A stretch of DNA of 64,000 nt from Escherichia coli (GCF_003334405.1 NZ_QOWM01000008.1); one strand, 5' to 3'; numbered from the stretch's first letter, positions 1 through 12,252 are shown. Numbers and translations are program-made. Notes: generated by a model from the sequence alone, not told the origin.

Positions 1-1
1 T

Positions 2-1402
2 CTTGACGGTCATCCAGCACCTGGCGTCGCTGAATCCTGGGATAATAAAGACGCGAAAGTCTGGACCTTCCATTTGCGTAAAGATGCGAAATGGTCTGAT
101 GGCACGCCAGTCACAGCACAAGACTTTGTGTATAGCTGGCAACGTTCTGTTGATCCGAACACTGCTTCTCCGTATGCCAGTTATCTGCAATATGGGCATA
201 TCGCCGGTATTGATGAAATTCTTGAAGGGAAAAAACCGATTACCGATCTCGGCGTGAAAGCTATTGATGATCACACATTAGAAGTCACCTTAAGTGAACC
301 CGTTCCGTACTTCTATAAATTACTTGTTCACCCATCAACTTCACCGGTGCCAAAAGCCGCTATCGAGAAATTCGGCGAAAAATGGACCCAGCCTGGTAAT
401 ATCGTCACCAACGGTGCCTATACCTTAAAAGATTGGGTCGTAAACGAACGAATCGTTCTTGAACGCAGCCCGACCTACTGGAACAACGCGAAAACCGTTA
501 TTAACCAGGTAACCTATTTGCCTATTGCTTCTGAAGTTACCGATGTCAACCGCTACCGTAGTGGTGAAATCGACATGACGTATAACAACATGCCGATCGA
601 ATTGTTCCAGAAGCTGAAAAAAGAGATCCCGGACGAAGTTCACGTTGATCCATACCTGTGCACTTACTATTACGAAATTAACAACCAGAAACCGCCATTC
701 AACGATGTGCGTGTGCGTACCGCACTGAAACTAGGTATGGACCGCGATATCATTGTTAATAAAGTGAAAGCGCAGGGCGACATGCCCGCCTATGGTTACA
801 CTCCACCGTATACTGATGGCGCAAAATTGACTCAGCCAGAATGGTTTGGCTGGAGCCAGGAAAAACGTAACGAAGAAGCGAAAAAACTGCTGGCTGAAGC
901 GGGTTATACCGCAGACAAACCGTTGACCATCAACCTGTTGTATAACACCTCCGATCTGCATAAAAAGCTGGCGATTGCTGCCTCTTCATTGTGGAAGAAA
1001 AACATTGGTGTAAACGTCAAACTGGTTAACCAGGAGTGGAAAACGTTCCTCGACACCCGTCACCAGGGTACTTTTGATGTGGCCCGTGCAGGCTGGTGTG
1101 CTGACTACAACGAACCAACTTCCTTCCTGAACACCATGCTTTCGAACAGCTCGATGAATACCGCGCATTATAAGAGCCCGGCCTTTGACAGCATTATGGC
1201 GGAAACGCTGAAAGTGACTGACGAGGCGCAGCGCACAGCTCTGTACACTAAAGCAGAACAACAGCTGGATAAGGATTCGGCCATTGTTCCTGTTTATTAC
1301 TACGTGAATGCGCGTCTGGTGAAACCGTGGGTTGGTGGCTATACCGGCAAAGATCCGCTGGATAATACCTATACCCGGAATATGTACATTGTGAAGCACT
1401 AA
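2..1402 (+). CDS. oppA: Periplasmic oligopeptide-binding protein OppA, 5'-truncated at window edge (frame continues open from nt 2)
   Basis: Open frame from window start; translation ...WDNKDAKVWTFHLRKDAKWSDGTPVTA... is typical of ABC substrate-binding family 5; followed by oppBCDF. Confidence 0.93.
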   Translation, partial: LDGHPAPGVAESWDNKDAKVWTFHLRKDAKWSDGTPVTAQDFVYSWQRSVDPNTASPYASYLQYGHIAGIDEILEGKKPITDLGVKAIDDHTLEVTLSEPVPYFYKLLVHPSTSPVPKAAIEKFGEKWTQPGNIVTNGAYTLKDWVVNERIVLERSPTYWNNAKTVINQVTYLPIASEVTDVNRYRSGEIDMTYNNMPIELFQKLKKEIPDEVHVDPYLCTYYYEINNQKPPFNDVRVRTALKLGMDRDIIVNKVKAQGDMPAYGYTPPYTDGAKLTQPEWFGWSQEKRNEEAKKLLAEAGYTADKPLTINLLYNTSDLHKKLAIAASSLWKKNIGVNVKLVNQEWKTFLDTRHQGTFDVARAGWCADYNEPTSFLNTMLSNSSMNTAHYKSPAFDSIMAETLKVTDEAQRTALYTKAEQQLDKDSAIVPVYYYVNARLVKPWVGGYTGKDPLDNTYTRNMYIVKH

Positions 1403-1413
1403 TGGCAATACGT

Positions 1414-1452
1414 GGGGCAGGAGTGTCCTGCTCCACGGTGTCTGATTTTTAT
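1414..1452 (+). terminator. Candidate intra-operon partial terminator between oppA and oppB: GC hairpin (gcagga-gtg-tcctgc, extendable) then T-run
   Basis: Stem-loop at 1414-1435 followed by 'ctgattttta' about 10 nt downstream. Confidence 0.3.
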
Positions 1453-1487
1453 CGCATTACAGAAGGCACAGGCCAGAAGGTAGGGCA

Positions 1488-2408
1488 ATGTTAAAATTTA
1501 TTCTACGTCGCTGTCTGGAAGCGATTCCGACGCTATTTATTCTTATTACTATTTCGTTCTTTATGATGCGCCTCGCGCCGGGAAGCCCTTTTACCGGCGA
1601 ACGTACTTTACCGCCAGAAGTGATGGCCAATATCGAAGCGAAATATCATCTTAATGATCCGATCATGACACAGTATTTCAGCTACCTGAAACAACTGGCG
1701 CACGGTGATTTCGGTCCATCGTTTAAATATAAAGATTATTCGGTCAATGACTTGGTTGCATCCAGTTTTCCCGTTTCTGCCAAACTGGGAGCCGCAGCAT
1801 TTTTCCTTGCGGTAATACTGGGTGTTAGTGCTGGCGTTATTGCTGCATTAAAACAAAACACCAAATGGGACTATACCGTGATGGGGCTGGCAATGACCGG
1901 GGTTGTTATCCCCAGTTTTGTGGTTGCACCATTATTAGTCATGATATTTGCGATCATTTTGCATTGGCTGCCGGGCGGTGGCTGGAATGGTGGGGCGCTT
2001 AAATTCATGATATTGCCGATGGTGGCGTTGTCACTCGCTTATATCGCCAGTATTGCGCGTATTACCCGTGGCTCTATGATTGAAGTATTACACTCCAATT
2101 TTATTCGTACTGCCCGGGCGAAAGGGTTACCTATGCGGCGGATCATTTTACGTCACGCATTAAAACCTGCTCTGTTACCCGTGCTCTCTTATATGGGCCC
2201 CGCATTTGTCGGCATTATTACCGGTTCTATGGTTATCGAAACCATTTATGGTTTGCCGGGGATTGGACAACTGTTCGTTAATGGCGCATTGAACCGTGAC
2301 TATTCCTTAGTGTTAAGCCTGACCATCCTGGTTGGTGCTTTAACCATTTTGTTTAATGCCATTGTCGATGTGCTATATGCGGTTATCGACCCGAAAATCC
2401 GTTACTGA
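1488..2408 (+). CDS. oppB: Oligopeptide ABC transporter permease OppB
   Basis: 306-aa ORF with multiple hydrophobic segments; operon position. Confidence 0.95.
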   Translation: MLKFILRRCLEAIPTLFILITISFFMMRLAPGSPFTGERTLPPEVMANIEAKYHLNDPIMTQYFSYLKQLAHGDFGPSFKYKDYSVNDLVASSFPVSAKLGAAAFFLAVILGVSAGVIAALKQNTKWDYTVMGLAMTGVVIPSFVVAPLLVMIFAIILHWLPGGGWNGGALKFMILPMVALSLAYIASIARITRGSMIEVLHSNFIRTARAKGLPMRRIILRHALKPALLPVLSYMGPAFVGIITGSMVIETIYGLPGIGQLFVNGALNRDYSLVLSLTILVGALTILFNAIVDVLYAVIDPKIRY

Positions 2409-2422
2409 TACTGGAGCTCGCG

Positions 2423-3331
2423 ATGATGTTAAGTAAGAAAAACAGCGAGACGCTGGAAAATTTCAGTGAAAAGCTGGAGGTCGAAGGGCGCAGCTTGTGG
2501 CAGGACGCACGTCGACGTTTTATGCATAACCGTGCGGCGGTTGCCAGTCTGATAGTGCTGGTGCTGATCGCGTTATTTGTAATCCTGGCACCGATGCTTT
2601 CCCAGTTTGCCTATGACGATACTGACTGGGCGATGATGTCCAGCGCCCCGGATATGGAGTCCGGTCACTACTTTGGTACTGACTCATCCGGTCGCGACCT
2701 GCTTGTGCGCGTTGCGATTGGCGGGCGTATCTCACTCATGGTCGGTGTTGCTGCGGCACTGGTGGCTGTGGTCGTCGGGACACTTTATGGTTCGCTTTCC
2801 GGTTATCTGGGCGGTAAAGTGGATTCGGTAATGATGCGTCTGCTGGAAATCCTCAACTCCTTCCCATTCATGTTCTTCGTCATTTTGCTGGTGACCTTTT
2901 TCGGTCAAAACATCCTGCTGATTTTCGTGGCGATAGGCATGGTTTCCTGGCTGGATATGGCTCGTATTGTGCGTGGGCAAACCCTGAGTCTGAAGCGCAA
3001 AGAGTTTATTGAGGCGGCACAAGTTGGCGGTGTATCGACATCGGGCATTGTTATTCGCCACATTGTGCCGAATGTACTCGGTGTGGTGGTGGTCTACGCA
3101 TCACTTCTGGTGCCCAGCATGATCCTCTTTGAATCTTTCCTTAGCTTCCTGGGGTTGGGTACGCAAGAGCCGTTAAGCAGCTGGGGTGCATTGCTGAGTG
3201 ATGGCGCGAACTCGATGGAAGTCTCTCCATGGTTATTGTTGTTCCCAGCGGGATTCCTCGTGGTGACGCTGTTTTGTTTCAACTTTATCGGCGATGGCTT
3301 GCGTGATGCCCTCGACCCGAAAGATCGTTAA
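2423..3331 (+). CDS. oppC: Oligopeptide ABC transporter permease OppC
   Basis: 302-aa ORF, membrane protein, operon position. Confidence 0.95.
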   Translation: MMLSKKNSETLENFSEKLEVEGRSLWQDARRRFMHNRAAVASLIVLVLIALFVILAPMLSQFAYDDTDWAMMSSAPDMESGHYFGTDSSGRDLLVRVAIGGRISLMVGVAAALVAVVVGTLYGSLSGYLGGKVDSVMMRLLEILNSFPFMFFVILLVTFFGQNILLIFVAIGMVSWLDMARIVRGQTLSLKRKEFIEAAQVGGVSTSGIVIRHIVPNVLGVVVVYASLLVPSMILFESFLSFLGLGTQEPLSSWGALLSDGANSMEVSPWLLLFPAGFLVVTLFCFNFIGDGLRDALDPKDR

Positions 3332-3342
3332 GGAGTGCAGCC

Positions 3343-4356
3343 ATGAGCGTAATTGAAACTGCAACTGTGCCGCTCGCACAACAACAGGCTGACGCACTGC
3401 TGAACGTGAAAGATTTGCGTGTCACCTTTAGTACCCCGGACGGCGACGTCACGGCGGTCAATGATTTGAATTTTTCCCTACGTGCCGGAGAAACGCTGGG
3501 TATTGTAGGTGAGTCTGGTTCGGGTAAATCGCAAACTGCATTTGCGTTGATGGGCCTGTTGGCTGCCAACGGACGTATTGGCGGATCGGCAACCTTCAAT
3601 GGGCGTGAAATCCTCAATTTGCCAGAGCATGAACTCAATAAACTGCGCGCTGAACAAATCTCAATGATTTTTCAGGACCCAATGACTTCGTTGAATCCCT
3701 ATATGCGCGTCGGTGAGCAGTTGATGGAAGTGCTGATGCTGCATAAGAACATGAGCAAAGCTGAGGCGTTTGAAGAGTCGGTGCGGATGCTCGATGCGGT
3801 AAAAATGCCGGAAGCGCGTAAACGCATGAAAATGTACCCGCACGAATTTTCTGGCGGCATGCGTCAGCGAGTCATGATTGCGATGGCCTTGTTATGTCGA
3901 CCTAAGCTGCTGATTGCGGATGAACCAACAACTGCGCTGGACGTCACCGTACAGGCGCAGATCATGACGCTATTAAATGAACTGAAGCGGGAATTTAATA
4001 CCGCCATCATTATGATCACCCACGATCTTGGCGTGGTGGCGGGGATCTGCGACAAAGTGCTGGTAATGTACGCCGGGCGCACGATGGAATATGGCAACGC
4101 GCGCGATGTCTTTTATCAACCCGTTCATCCTTATTCTATCGGTTTGCTCAACGCGGTGCCGCGTCTCGATGCGGAAGGTGAAACAATGTTGACCATCCCG
4201 GGTAATCCGCCAAACCTGCTGCGATTACCGAAAGGTTGCCCGTTCCAGCCACGTTGTCCGCATGCGATGGAAATTTGTAGTAGCGCACCGCCGCTGGAAG
4301 AGTTTACGCCTGGCCGTCTGCGTGCTTGCTTTAAACCGGTGGAGGAACTGTTATGA
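3343..4356 (+). CDS. oppD: Oligopeptide ABC transporter ATP-binding protein OppD
   Basis: 337-aa ORF; Walker A GESGSGKS, signature LSGGMRQR. Confidence 0.95.
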   Translation: MSVIETATVPLAQQQADALLNVKDLRVTFSTPDGDVTAVNDLNFSLRAGETLGIVGESGSGKSQTAFALMGLLAANGRIGGSATFNGREILNLPEHELNKLRAEQISMIFQDPMTSLNPYMRVGEQLMEVLMLHKNMSKAEAFEESVRMLDAVKMPEARKRMKMYPHEFSGGMRQRVMIAMALLCRPKLLIADEPTTALDVTVQAQIMTLLNELKREFNTAIIMITHDLGVVAGICDKVLVMYAGRTMEYGNARDVFYQPVHPYSIGLLNAVPRLDAEGETMLTIPGNPPNLLRLPKGCPFQPRCPHAMEICSSAPPLEEFTPGRLRACFKPVEELL

Positions 4357-5357
4357 ATGCTGTAACTGAAGGAAGAAAAGTCCTCCTTGAAATCGCCGAT
4401 CTTAAAGTGCACTTTGAAATCAAAGATGGCAAACAGTGGTTCTGGCAACCGCCGAAAACGCTCAAAGCCGTCGATGGTGTCACTCTTCGCCTGTATGAAG
4501 GGGAAACATTAGGTGTGGTAGGGGAATCGGGATGCGGTAAGTCCACCTTTGCTCGCGCCATCATCGGTTTGGTCAAGGCGACCGACGGTCATGTTGCCTG
4601 GTTAGGTAAAGAGTTGCTGGGCATGAAACCCGATGAATGGCGTGCCGTTCGCAGTGATATTCAGATGATTTTCCAGGATCCGTTGGCATCGCTAAACCCG
4701 CGTATGACCATCGGCGAGATCATCGCTGAACCACTGCGTACTTATCATCCGAAAATGTCACGCCAGGAAGTTCGCGAGCGCGTGAAGGCGATGATGCTGA
4801 AAGTCGGGTTATTGCCTAACCTGATTAACCGCTATCCGCATGAGTTCTCTGGTGGGCAGTGCCAGCGTATCGGGATTGCGCGTGCTCTTATTCTTGAACC
4901 GAAGCTGATTATCTGTGATGAGCCGGTGTCGGCGCTGGACGTGTCAATTCAGGCACAGGTGGTCAACCTGCTCCAGCAATTGCAACGTGAGATGGGATTG
5001 TCATTAATTTTTATCGCTCATGACCTGGCCGTGGTAAAACACATTTCCGATCGTGTGTTGGTGATGTATCTCGGCCATGCGGTAGAACTGGGGACCTATG
5101 ATGAGGTCTACCACAATCCACTACATCCTTACACCAGGGCATTGATGTCGGCAGTCCCCATACCTGATCCGGATCTGGAGAAGAACAAAACCATCCAGTT
5201 ACTGGAAGGGGAATTACCGTCGCCGATCAACCCGCCTTCCGGTTGTGTTTTCCGTACCCGTTGCCCGATTGCCGGTCCAGAGTGCGCCAAAACACGTCCT
5301 GTTCTGGAGGGGAGTTTCAGACACGCCGTTTCTTGCCTGAAAGTCGATCCGCTTTAA
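4353..5357 (+). CDS. oppF: Oligopeptide ABC transporter ATP-binding protein OppF
   Basis: 334-aa ORF; Walker A GESGCGKS; ATGA overlap with oppD stop. Confidence 0.95.
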   Translation: MNAVTEGRKVLLEIADLKVHFEIKDGKQWFWQPPKTLKAVDGVTLRLYEGETLGVVGESGCGKSTFARAIIGLVKATDGHVAWLGKELLGMKPDEWRAVRSDIQMIFQDPLASLNPRMTIGEIIAEPLRTYHPKMSRQEVRERVKAMMLKVGLLPNLINRYPHEFSGGQCQRIGIARALILEPKLIICDEPVSALDVSIQAQVVNLLQQLQREMGLSLIFIAHDLAVVKHISDRVLVMYLGHAVELGTYDEVYHNPLHPYTRALMSAVPIPDPDLEKNKTIQLLEGELPSPINPPSGCVFRTRCPIAGPECAKTRPVLEGSFRHAVSCLKVDPL

Positions 5358-5361
5358 AAAC

Positions 5362-5391
5362 AATAAGGGCTGACAGTTGTCAGCCCTTTTT
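5362..5391. terminator. Bidirectional rho-independent terminator between convergent oppF and yciU
   Basis: Hairpin aagggctgaca-gt-tgtcagccctt flanked by A-run upstream and T-run downstream. Confidence 0.55.
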
Positions 5392-5409
5392 CACGCTAAA
5401 AGCGATTAT

Positions 5410-7234
<1,825 letters not shown>

Positions 7235-7376
7235 AGATTAGAAATCCTTTTGAAAGCGCATTGTTATGAGTTTACGCATATGGATTCATCTGGCAAATAA
7301 AAACGCGGGAAAAGCACTGGTCAGCGTCGGGGGTGGGGGTATAATGACCATTCTGTTATTGCATAGAGTAGTTAAC

Positions 7377-7550
7377 ATGAAGCGGAGTAGAGCGGAAGTG
7401 GGGCGCTGGCGCATGCAGCGTCAGGCTAGCCGACGTAAATCGCGTTGGCTTGAGGGGCAATCGCGCCGAAATATGCGTATCCACAGCATCAGGAAGTGCA
7501 TTCTAAACAAACAGCGTAACTCGTTATTGTTTGCGATCTACAATATCTAA
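7377..7550 (+). CDS. yciY: Small basic protein YciY (57 aa)
   Basis: Sequence MKRSRAEVGRWRMQRQASRRK... within track ORF 7266-7550; TATAAT-like hexamer at 7340-7345 upstream; name from memory. Confidence 0.5.
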   Translation: MKRSRAEVGRWRMQRQASRRKSRWLEGQSRRNMRIHSIRKCILNKQRNSLLFAIYNI

Positions 7551-7604
7551 ATGTACTGGGCACCATTGCGGTGCCCAATAAGTTTACTCTTCCGTCTTTA
7601 AACT

Positions 7605-8858
7605 CTATTTTTGCGCCGATTCTTTACTGTCAGCTTTCGTTTCTAGTTCATCGTTATCGCTGAAAATACCATGACCTGAGTTCAACAACATTGAAACGAG
7701 CATATCATTATTAATCTCTTCACCATTTAAAACTCGCGCCAGAATTTCGCTGCCAAACAGTTGCGGTGAGAGAATGATATCCGGATGTACCATCTTAATC
7801 TTATTCAGGTTTTTGCTATCACTGACGGCGAGAACTGTTTTGACATCACTGCTCATATCTTTTGCCGAGAGTACAACAAACGCGTTATCTGCATCGTTAT
7901 CACTCAGCGCCAGAATGGCCCGGCAACGATCGATTCCCGCTTTCTTTAATACAGAACTGTCATTACTGTCACCGGGGATAACATCAGCATTATCGCCTAA
8001 GCGTTGCTCAAGTTGCTTGATATCATCTTCAGGCAAGTTGCTGATAACCGTTACGTTTTGTCCGCGTTGATTCAGTTGCAGGATCGTATTGATGGCGAGA
8101 ATCGAATGTCCGCAAACAATAAAATGATCTTTACGATGCATTGTATGATTGTTTCCTTTTACAAGTTTGTTGAATCCCCCGCGGATAAGCGGACCAAAAA
8201 TTGAGGTCATAGATGTGGCAAAAACGGTAATGCCGGAAATAATGACCGAAATAGTGAACAATCGTGCTGATTCAGAAACAGGGACAATATCGCCATAGCC
8301 GACGGTTGACATGGTTTCTATCGAAAAATAGAACGCGGTCATCAAACTTTCTATTCGCGGATTAAAACCTTCGCTTAAATAAAGCGCACCGTAGGTTGAG
8401 TAAAACAGTAATGTCGTGAAACTAATAAATGCAAAAATTGTCCCGGCTGCGGCGCTACTGTGGGAGAAGTCTTTGCGCAGTATCAGCAAAAACACCAGCG
8501 TAAAAATGCAAAATCCAATACTAAATTTCAGCCAGGGATAAAAATGCAGGGTGTAAATTAGCGCTATCAACAACAAAATGATACTGATTGCCCATGCGAG
8601 CTTTGCCCGGAACAGTAAGCCAATGGAGTTCAGGACAAGAAAGACGCCGAGCATAAAGAGTGGGGCGTTTGCCAGCAAGGAGAGATCCAACTCTGAAAAT
8701 GCTTTGATATGGAAAATATCAAGCAAATTGACCGACATACCATAGATTGTTTTAAAAATAAGCAATCCATTTAAAAAGACGGCCAGCGCGAGAATGTCGT
8801 GCCGAAGGGTCACCCATAAATTTGTTGCTGTTTGTTTGAATGTAGCCCAGTGACTCAC
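7605..8858 (-). CDS. kch: Voltage-gated K+ channel Kch (TVGYGD selectivity filter, C-terminal RCK domain); GTG start inferred
   Basis: ORF 7605-8876 minus; TMSTVGYGD pore motif and GHS RCK motif; 417-aa form starts at GTG 8856-8858. Confidence 0.9.
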   Translation of the reverse strand: MSHWATFKQTATNLWVTLRHDILALAVFLNGLLIFKTIYGMSVNLLDIFHIKAFSELDLSLLANAPLFMLGVFLVLNSIGLLFRAKLAWAISIILLLIALIYTLHFYPWLKFSIGFCIFTLVFLLILRKDFSHSSAAAGTIFAFISFTTLLFYSTYGALYLSEGFNPRIESLMTAFYFSIETMSTVGYGDIVPVSESARLFTISVIISGITVFATSMTSIFGPLIRGGFNKLVKGNNHTMHRKDHFIVCGHSILAINTILQLNQRGQNVTVISNLPEDDIKQLEQRLGDNADVIPGDSNDSSVLKKAGIDRCRAILALSDNDADNAFVVLSAKDMSSDVKTVLAVSDSKNLNKIKMVHPDIILSPQLFGSEILARVLNGEEINNDMLVSMLLNSGHGIFSDNDELETKADSKESAQK

Positions 8859-9157
8859 TGATACCTCTGTAACCACAATTTTGTTTAATTATCTTAGCGT
8901 GCACATTTTCTGAACATACATGCAGCGCGTGAATGTGTTAAACAATAGTAGATGACTTTATCCGCAGTAATCAAAGGATTTGAGCGAGCAACTGTACCTC
9001 AGGAAAGGTCATTTTTCCTGAATATGCTCACATCATATAAAGAAATACAGATAAAGTTATTATCTGCTTGTGGTGGTGAATGCACTGACCGGCTATAAGG
9101 AAAGGCCAAACAAGAACACGGTTGCAAAAACCGTGCCCTTAAATATTGAATCTCTAT

Positions 9158-9454
9158 TCAGAACACTTTCTTAAATGGTTTCACTGAAACGTGTTCATAG
9201 ACTCCTGCCGCTACGTACGGGTCAGCATCGGCCCAGGCCTGAGCTGCTTCCAGCGATTCAAATTCAGCAATAACGGTTGAGCCAGTAAATCCCGCAGCCC
9301 CTGGATCGTTACTGTCTACCGCTGGCATTGGACCAGCTGTCAACAAACGACCTTCATCATGCAGTAACTGTAAACGTGCTAAATGTGCCGGACGAACGGA
9401 AAGGCGTTTTTCGAGGCTATCAGCTTTGTCTTGAGCGTAAATAACATACAACAC
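9158..9454 (-). CDS. yciI: YciI-like protein (Dabb-type small protein), GTG start
   Basis: ORF 9158-9550 minus; GGAG Shine-Dalgarno 8 nt upstream of GTG at 9452-9454 gives the 98-aa form. Confidence 0.85.
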
Positions 9455-9609
9455 GGGCACAACTCCTTGTTCGGGAAAGTTGTAAAGTACGTTATTTGAA
9501 AGGGCGAAGATCTGCAACGGAAAGATGATGTCTTTGTTAAGGCCATGCATAAAGTAAGGGTAATTACGCCAAAAATGACATTTTCACTGATCCTGATCGT
9601 CTTGCCTTA

Positions 9610-9640
9610 TTGAATATGATTGCTATTTGCATTTAAAATC
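9610..9640 (+). promoter_or_regulatory. tonB promoter region with Fur-box-like AT-rich dyad (tgaatatgattgctatttgcatt)
   Basis: Partial match to Fur consensus GATAATGATAATCATTATC about 40-65 nt upstream of tonB ATG; tonB is classically Fur-repressed. Confidence 0.4.
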
Positions 9641-9677
9641 GAGACCTGGTTTTTCTACTGAAATGATTATGACTTCA

Positions 9678-10397
9678 ATGACCCTTGATTTACCTCGCCG
9701 CTTCCCCTGGCCGACGTTACTTTCGGTCTGCATTCATGGTGCTGTTGTGGCGGGTCTGCTCTATACCTCGGTACATCAGGTTATTGAACTACCTGCGCCT
9801 GCGCAGCCGATTTCTGTCACGATGGTTACGCCTGCTGATCTCGAACCGCCACAAGCCGTTCAGCCGCCACCGGAGCCGGTGGTAGAGCCAGAACCGGAAC
9901 CTGAGCCGATCCCCGAACCGCCAAAAGAAGCACCGGTGGTCATTGAAAAGCCGAAGCCGAAACCTAAGCCAAAACCGAAGCCGGTGAAAAAGGTACAGGA
10001 GCAGCCAAAACGCGATGTCAAACCCGTAGAGTCGCGTCCGGCATCACCGTTTGAAAATACGGCACCGGCACGCCTGACATCAAGTACAGCAACGGCTGCA
10101 ACCAGCAAGCCGGTTACCAGTGTGGCTTCAGGACCACGCGCATTAAGCCGTAATCAGCCGCAGTATCCGGCACGAGCACAGGCATTGCGCATTGAAGGGC
10201 AGGTTAAAGTTAAATTTGACGTTACGCCGGATGGTCGCGTGGATAACGTACAAATCCTCTCAGCCAAGCCTGCGAACATGTTTGAGCGTGAGGTGAAAAA
10301 TGCGATGCGCAGATGGCGTTATGAGCCGGGTAAGCCAGGCAGTGGGATTGTGGTGAATATCCTGTTTAAAATTAACGGCACCACCGAAATTCAGTAA
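9678..10397 (+). CDS. tonB: Energy transducer TonB
   Basis: 239 aa from ATG 9678; N-terminal anchor, (EP)n and (KP)n proline-rich repeats. Confidence 0.95.
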   Translation: MTLDLPRRFPWPTLLSVCIHGAVVAGLLYTSVHQVIELPAPAQPISVTMVTPADLEPPQAVQPPPEPVVEPEPEPEPIPEPPKEAPVVIEKPKPKPKPKPKPVKKVQEQPKRDVKPVESRPASPFENTAPARLTSSTATAATSKPVTSVASGPRALSRNQPQYPARAQALRIEGQVKVKFDVTPDGRVDNVQILSAKPANMFEREVKNAMRRWRYEPGKPGSGIVVNILFKINGTTEIQ

Positions 10398-10403
10398 GCA
10401 GAA

Positions 10404-10435
10404 AGTCAAAAGCCTCCGACCGGAGGCTTTTGACT
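10404..10435. terminator. Bidirectional rho-independent terminator between convergent tonB and yciA
   Basis: 32-nt perfect palindrome agtcaaaagcctccgaccggaggcttttgact directly after tonB stop. Confidence 0.75.
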
Positions 10436-10436
10436 A

Positions 10437-10835
10437 TTACTCAACAGGTAAGGCGCGAGGTTTTCCTTCAGGATCAACCGCGACATACTTAAATAATGCT
10501 TCTGTCGCTTTATAGCGTTGCCCAATTGGTTCAGACGCTACTTTTTTCACCCACACTTCAATATTAATGCTGACCGATGTCGTCCCTTTCTGGACACAGC
10601 GTGCATAGCAGCACACCACATCGCCGACCGCAACCGGCCGTAAGAAAGTCATTCCTTCAACCCGCACAGTCACTACGCGACCGTGGGCAATTTCTTTTGC
10701 CAGAATAGCGCCGCCAATATCCATTTGTGACATTAACCAACCACCAAAGATGTCACCATTGGCATTGGTATCGGCGGGCATGGCTAAAGTACGTAAAACA
10801 AGATCGCCCTGAGGGACGTTATGTGTTGTAGACAT
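10437..10835 (-). CDS. yciA: Acyl-CoA thioesterase YciA (hotdog fold)
   Basis: 132-aa ORF. Confidence 0.92.
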   Translation of the reverse strand: MSTTHNVPQGDLVLRTLAMPADTNANGDIFGGWLMSQMDIGGAILAKEIAHGRVVTVRVEGMTFLRPVAVGDVVCCYARCVQKGTTSVSINIEVWVKKVASEPIGQRYKATEALFKYVAVDPEGKPRALPVE

Positions 10836-10939
10836 GGTAAAACCGACTTAAAAGGAAAATCACAGGCGCGATGCTACTATGATTTTCCTGAGGAGAACAG
10901 AGGAGATACAGCGCCAGCCCCGAAGGACTGGCAGTCTGG

Positions 10940-11479
10940 TTAGGATTTATCTTCCTGCGGCATGTGGCGGTAGATATAGATACCGCTTAACAATGTGAAG
11001 ATTAAGGTAAGGGCGGTCAGGCCAAAGACTTTAAAGTTGACCCAAATATTTTGCGGCAGCCAGAATGCGATGTAGATGTTTGCCAGACCGCAAAGGATAA
11101 AGAAAACAGCCCAGGCCAGATTCAGCTTCGACCATACCGGTTGCGGCAGCGTGAGTTCTTTACCCAGCATCCGCTGAATTAGCGGCTTTTTCATCACCCA
11201 TTGGCTGACTAACAGGGCTCCCGCAAATAGAGCATAAATGACTGTAACCTTCCATTTAATAAACTCATCATTGTGGAAGAACAGCGTCAAGCCACCGAAG
11301 ACGACCACCAGAACAAAAGTGATCAGGGCCATCTTCTCAACCTTACGAAAGCGAACCCAGCTATAGATAAGCACAATCGCCGTGGCGACGATCAGCGCCG
11401 CAGTAGCCGCATAGATGTCATAAATCTTGTAAAACGCGAAAAAGACAACCAGCGGTAAAAAATCAAGAAACTGCTTCAT
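10940..11479 (-). CDS. yciB: Inner membrane protein YciB (intracellular septation protein family)
   Basis: 179-aa ORF, multiple TM helices. Confidence 0.92.
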   Translation of the reverse strand: MKQFLDFLPLVVFFAFYKIYDIYAATAALIVATAIVLIYSWVRFRKVEKMALITFVLVVVFGGLTLFFHNDEFIKWKVTVIYALFAGALLVSQWVMKKPLIQRMLGKELTLPQPVWSKLNLAWAVFFILCGLANIYIAFWLPQNIWVNFKVFGLTALTLIFTLLSGIYIYRHMPQEDKS

Positions 11480-11508
11480 TTTACGATTCCGTAATCAAAT
11501 GCTTAAGG

Positions 11509-12252
11509 TTATTGGCGAATCAACATATACAGGCGGAACAGATAGATGAGCAATATGGCTGAAATCAGGTTGCTCAAGGTGTTCGCCAGTACGGCACCAA
11601 TTTCCGGGGTTAATGCGGCAAAAGAAGAGGCAAAAAGCAGCAACAGTGTTTTTGCCAGCAACCAGCTCAGTACTGCGGGTGCCACCAGACGCATATTCGC
11701 CCAAGTCAGCCGCATACTGCTACGCATCGAGGCAAAAACGCCCATTTTGTCCTGTACCAACATCACCGGTGCCAGGGCCAGTAAAATGGCCATGATAATT
11801 CCCGGAACGACCACCAGCATGATGCCAATCTGTACTAAAAGGGTAGTCAGAAAAATCAGAATAAATAACTTTGGCAATATCGGCGCACTGGCACCAATAG
11901 CTCGCAGCGCACTGACTCTCAGACCCGCAGACACCAGCTGGATAATTAATATTACGCCTCCGGCGAGAATGGCGTTACCGATTAATCCTGAAAAAGTGGA
12001 CGCCGCTGAAGCCTGCAGCAAAATTTGTTGCTGTTCCGGTGACATATTCTGAACCAGGTCGAACAACCCACTACTGCCGCTAACGGGCACGCCGTCATTG
12101 AGCTGCGCAAGCTGTGCATCACTGGGTGAGAAAACATGCCCTAACACCACTGTGATAAACGCACATAGCAACGATACCAACAGAATGGTCATAAATTGAT
12201 TACGGAAGAAATTTCCGGTGTCACGGTATACGGACTGCGCCGTGATAGACAT
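11509..12252 (-). CDS. yciC: UPF0259 inner membrane protein YciC
   Basis: 247-aa hydrophobic ORF. Confidence 0.9.
   Translation of the reverse strand: MSITAQSVYRDTGNFFRNQFMTILLVSLLCAFITVVLGHVFSPSDAQLAQLNDGVPVSGSSGLFDLVQNMSPEQQQILLQASAASTFSGLIGNAILAGGVILIIQLVSAGLRVSALRAIGASAPILPKLFILIFLTTLLVQIGIMLVVVPGIIMAILLALAPVMLVQDKMGVFASMRSSMRLTWANMRLVAPAVLSWLLAKTLLLLFASSFAALTPEIGAVLANTLSNLISAILLIYLFRLYMLIRQ

Noticed and set aside
7266-7550. 94-aa version of the ORF containing yciY
   Set aside because: The upstream extension has no ribosome-binding site and would start inside the putative promoter; the 57-aa form from ATG 7377 is preferred.
8900-9100. Plus-strand 48-codon ORF (MTLSAVIKGFERATVPQERSFFLNMLTSYKEIQIKLLSACGGECTDRL) in the kch–yciI spacer
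   Set aside because: No convincing ribosome-binding site; the region is more plausibly the kch promoter and yciI terminator; insufficient support to call a gene.
9860-10108. Gly/Ser-rich 82-aa minus-strand ORF and apparent short tandem repeats inside tonB
   Set aside because: This is the reverse-frame reading of the tonB Pro-Glu/Pro-Lys coding repeats; it is not a CRISPR array or noncoding repeat (no spacer-repeat periodicity).
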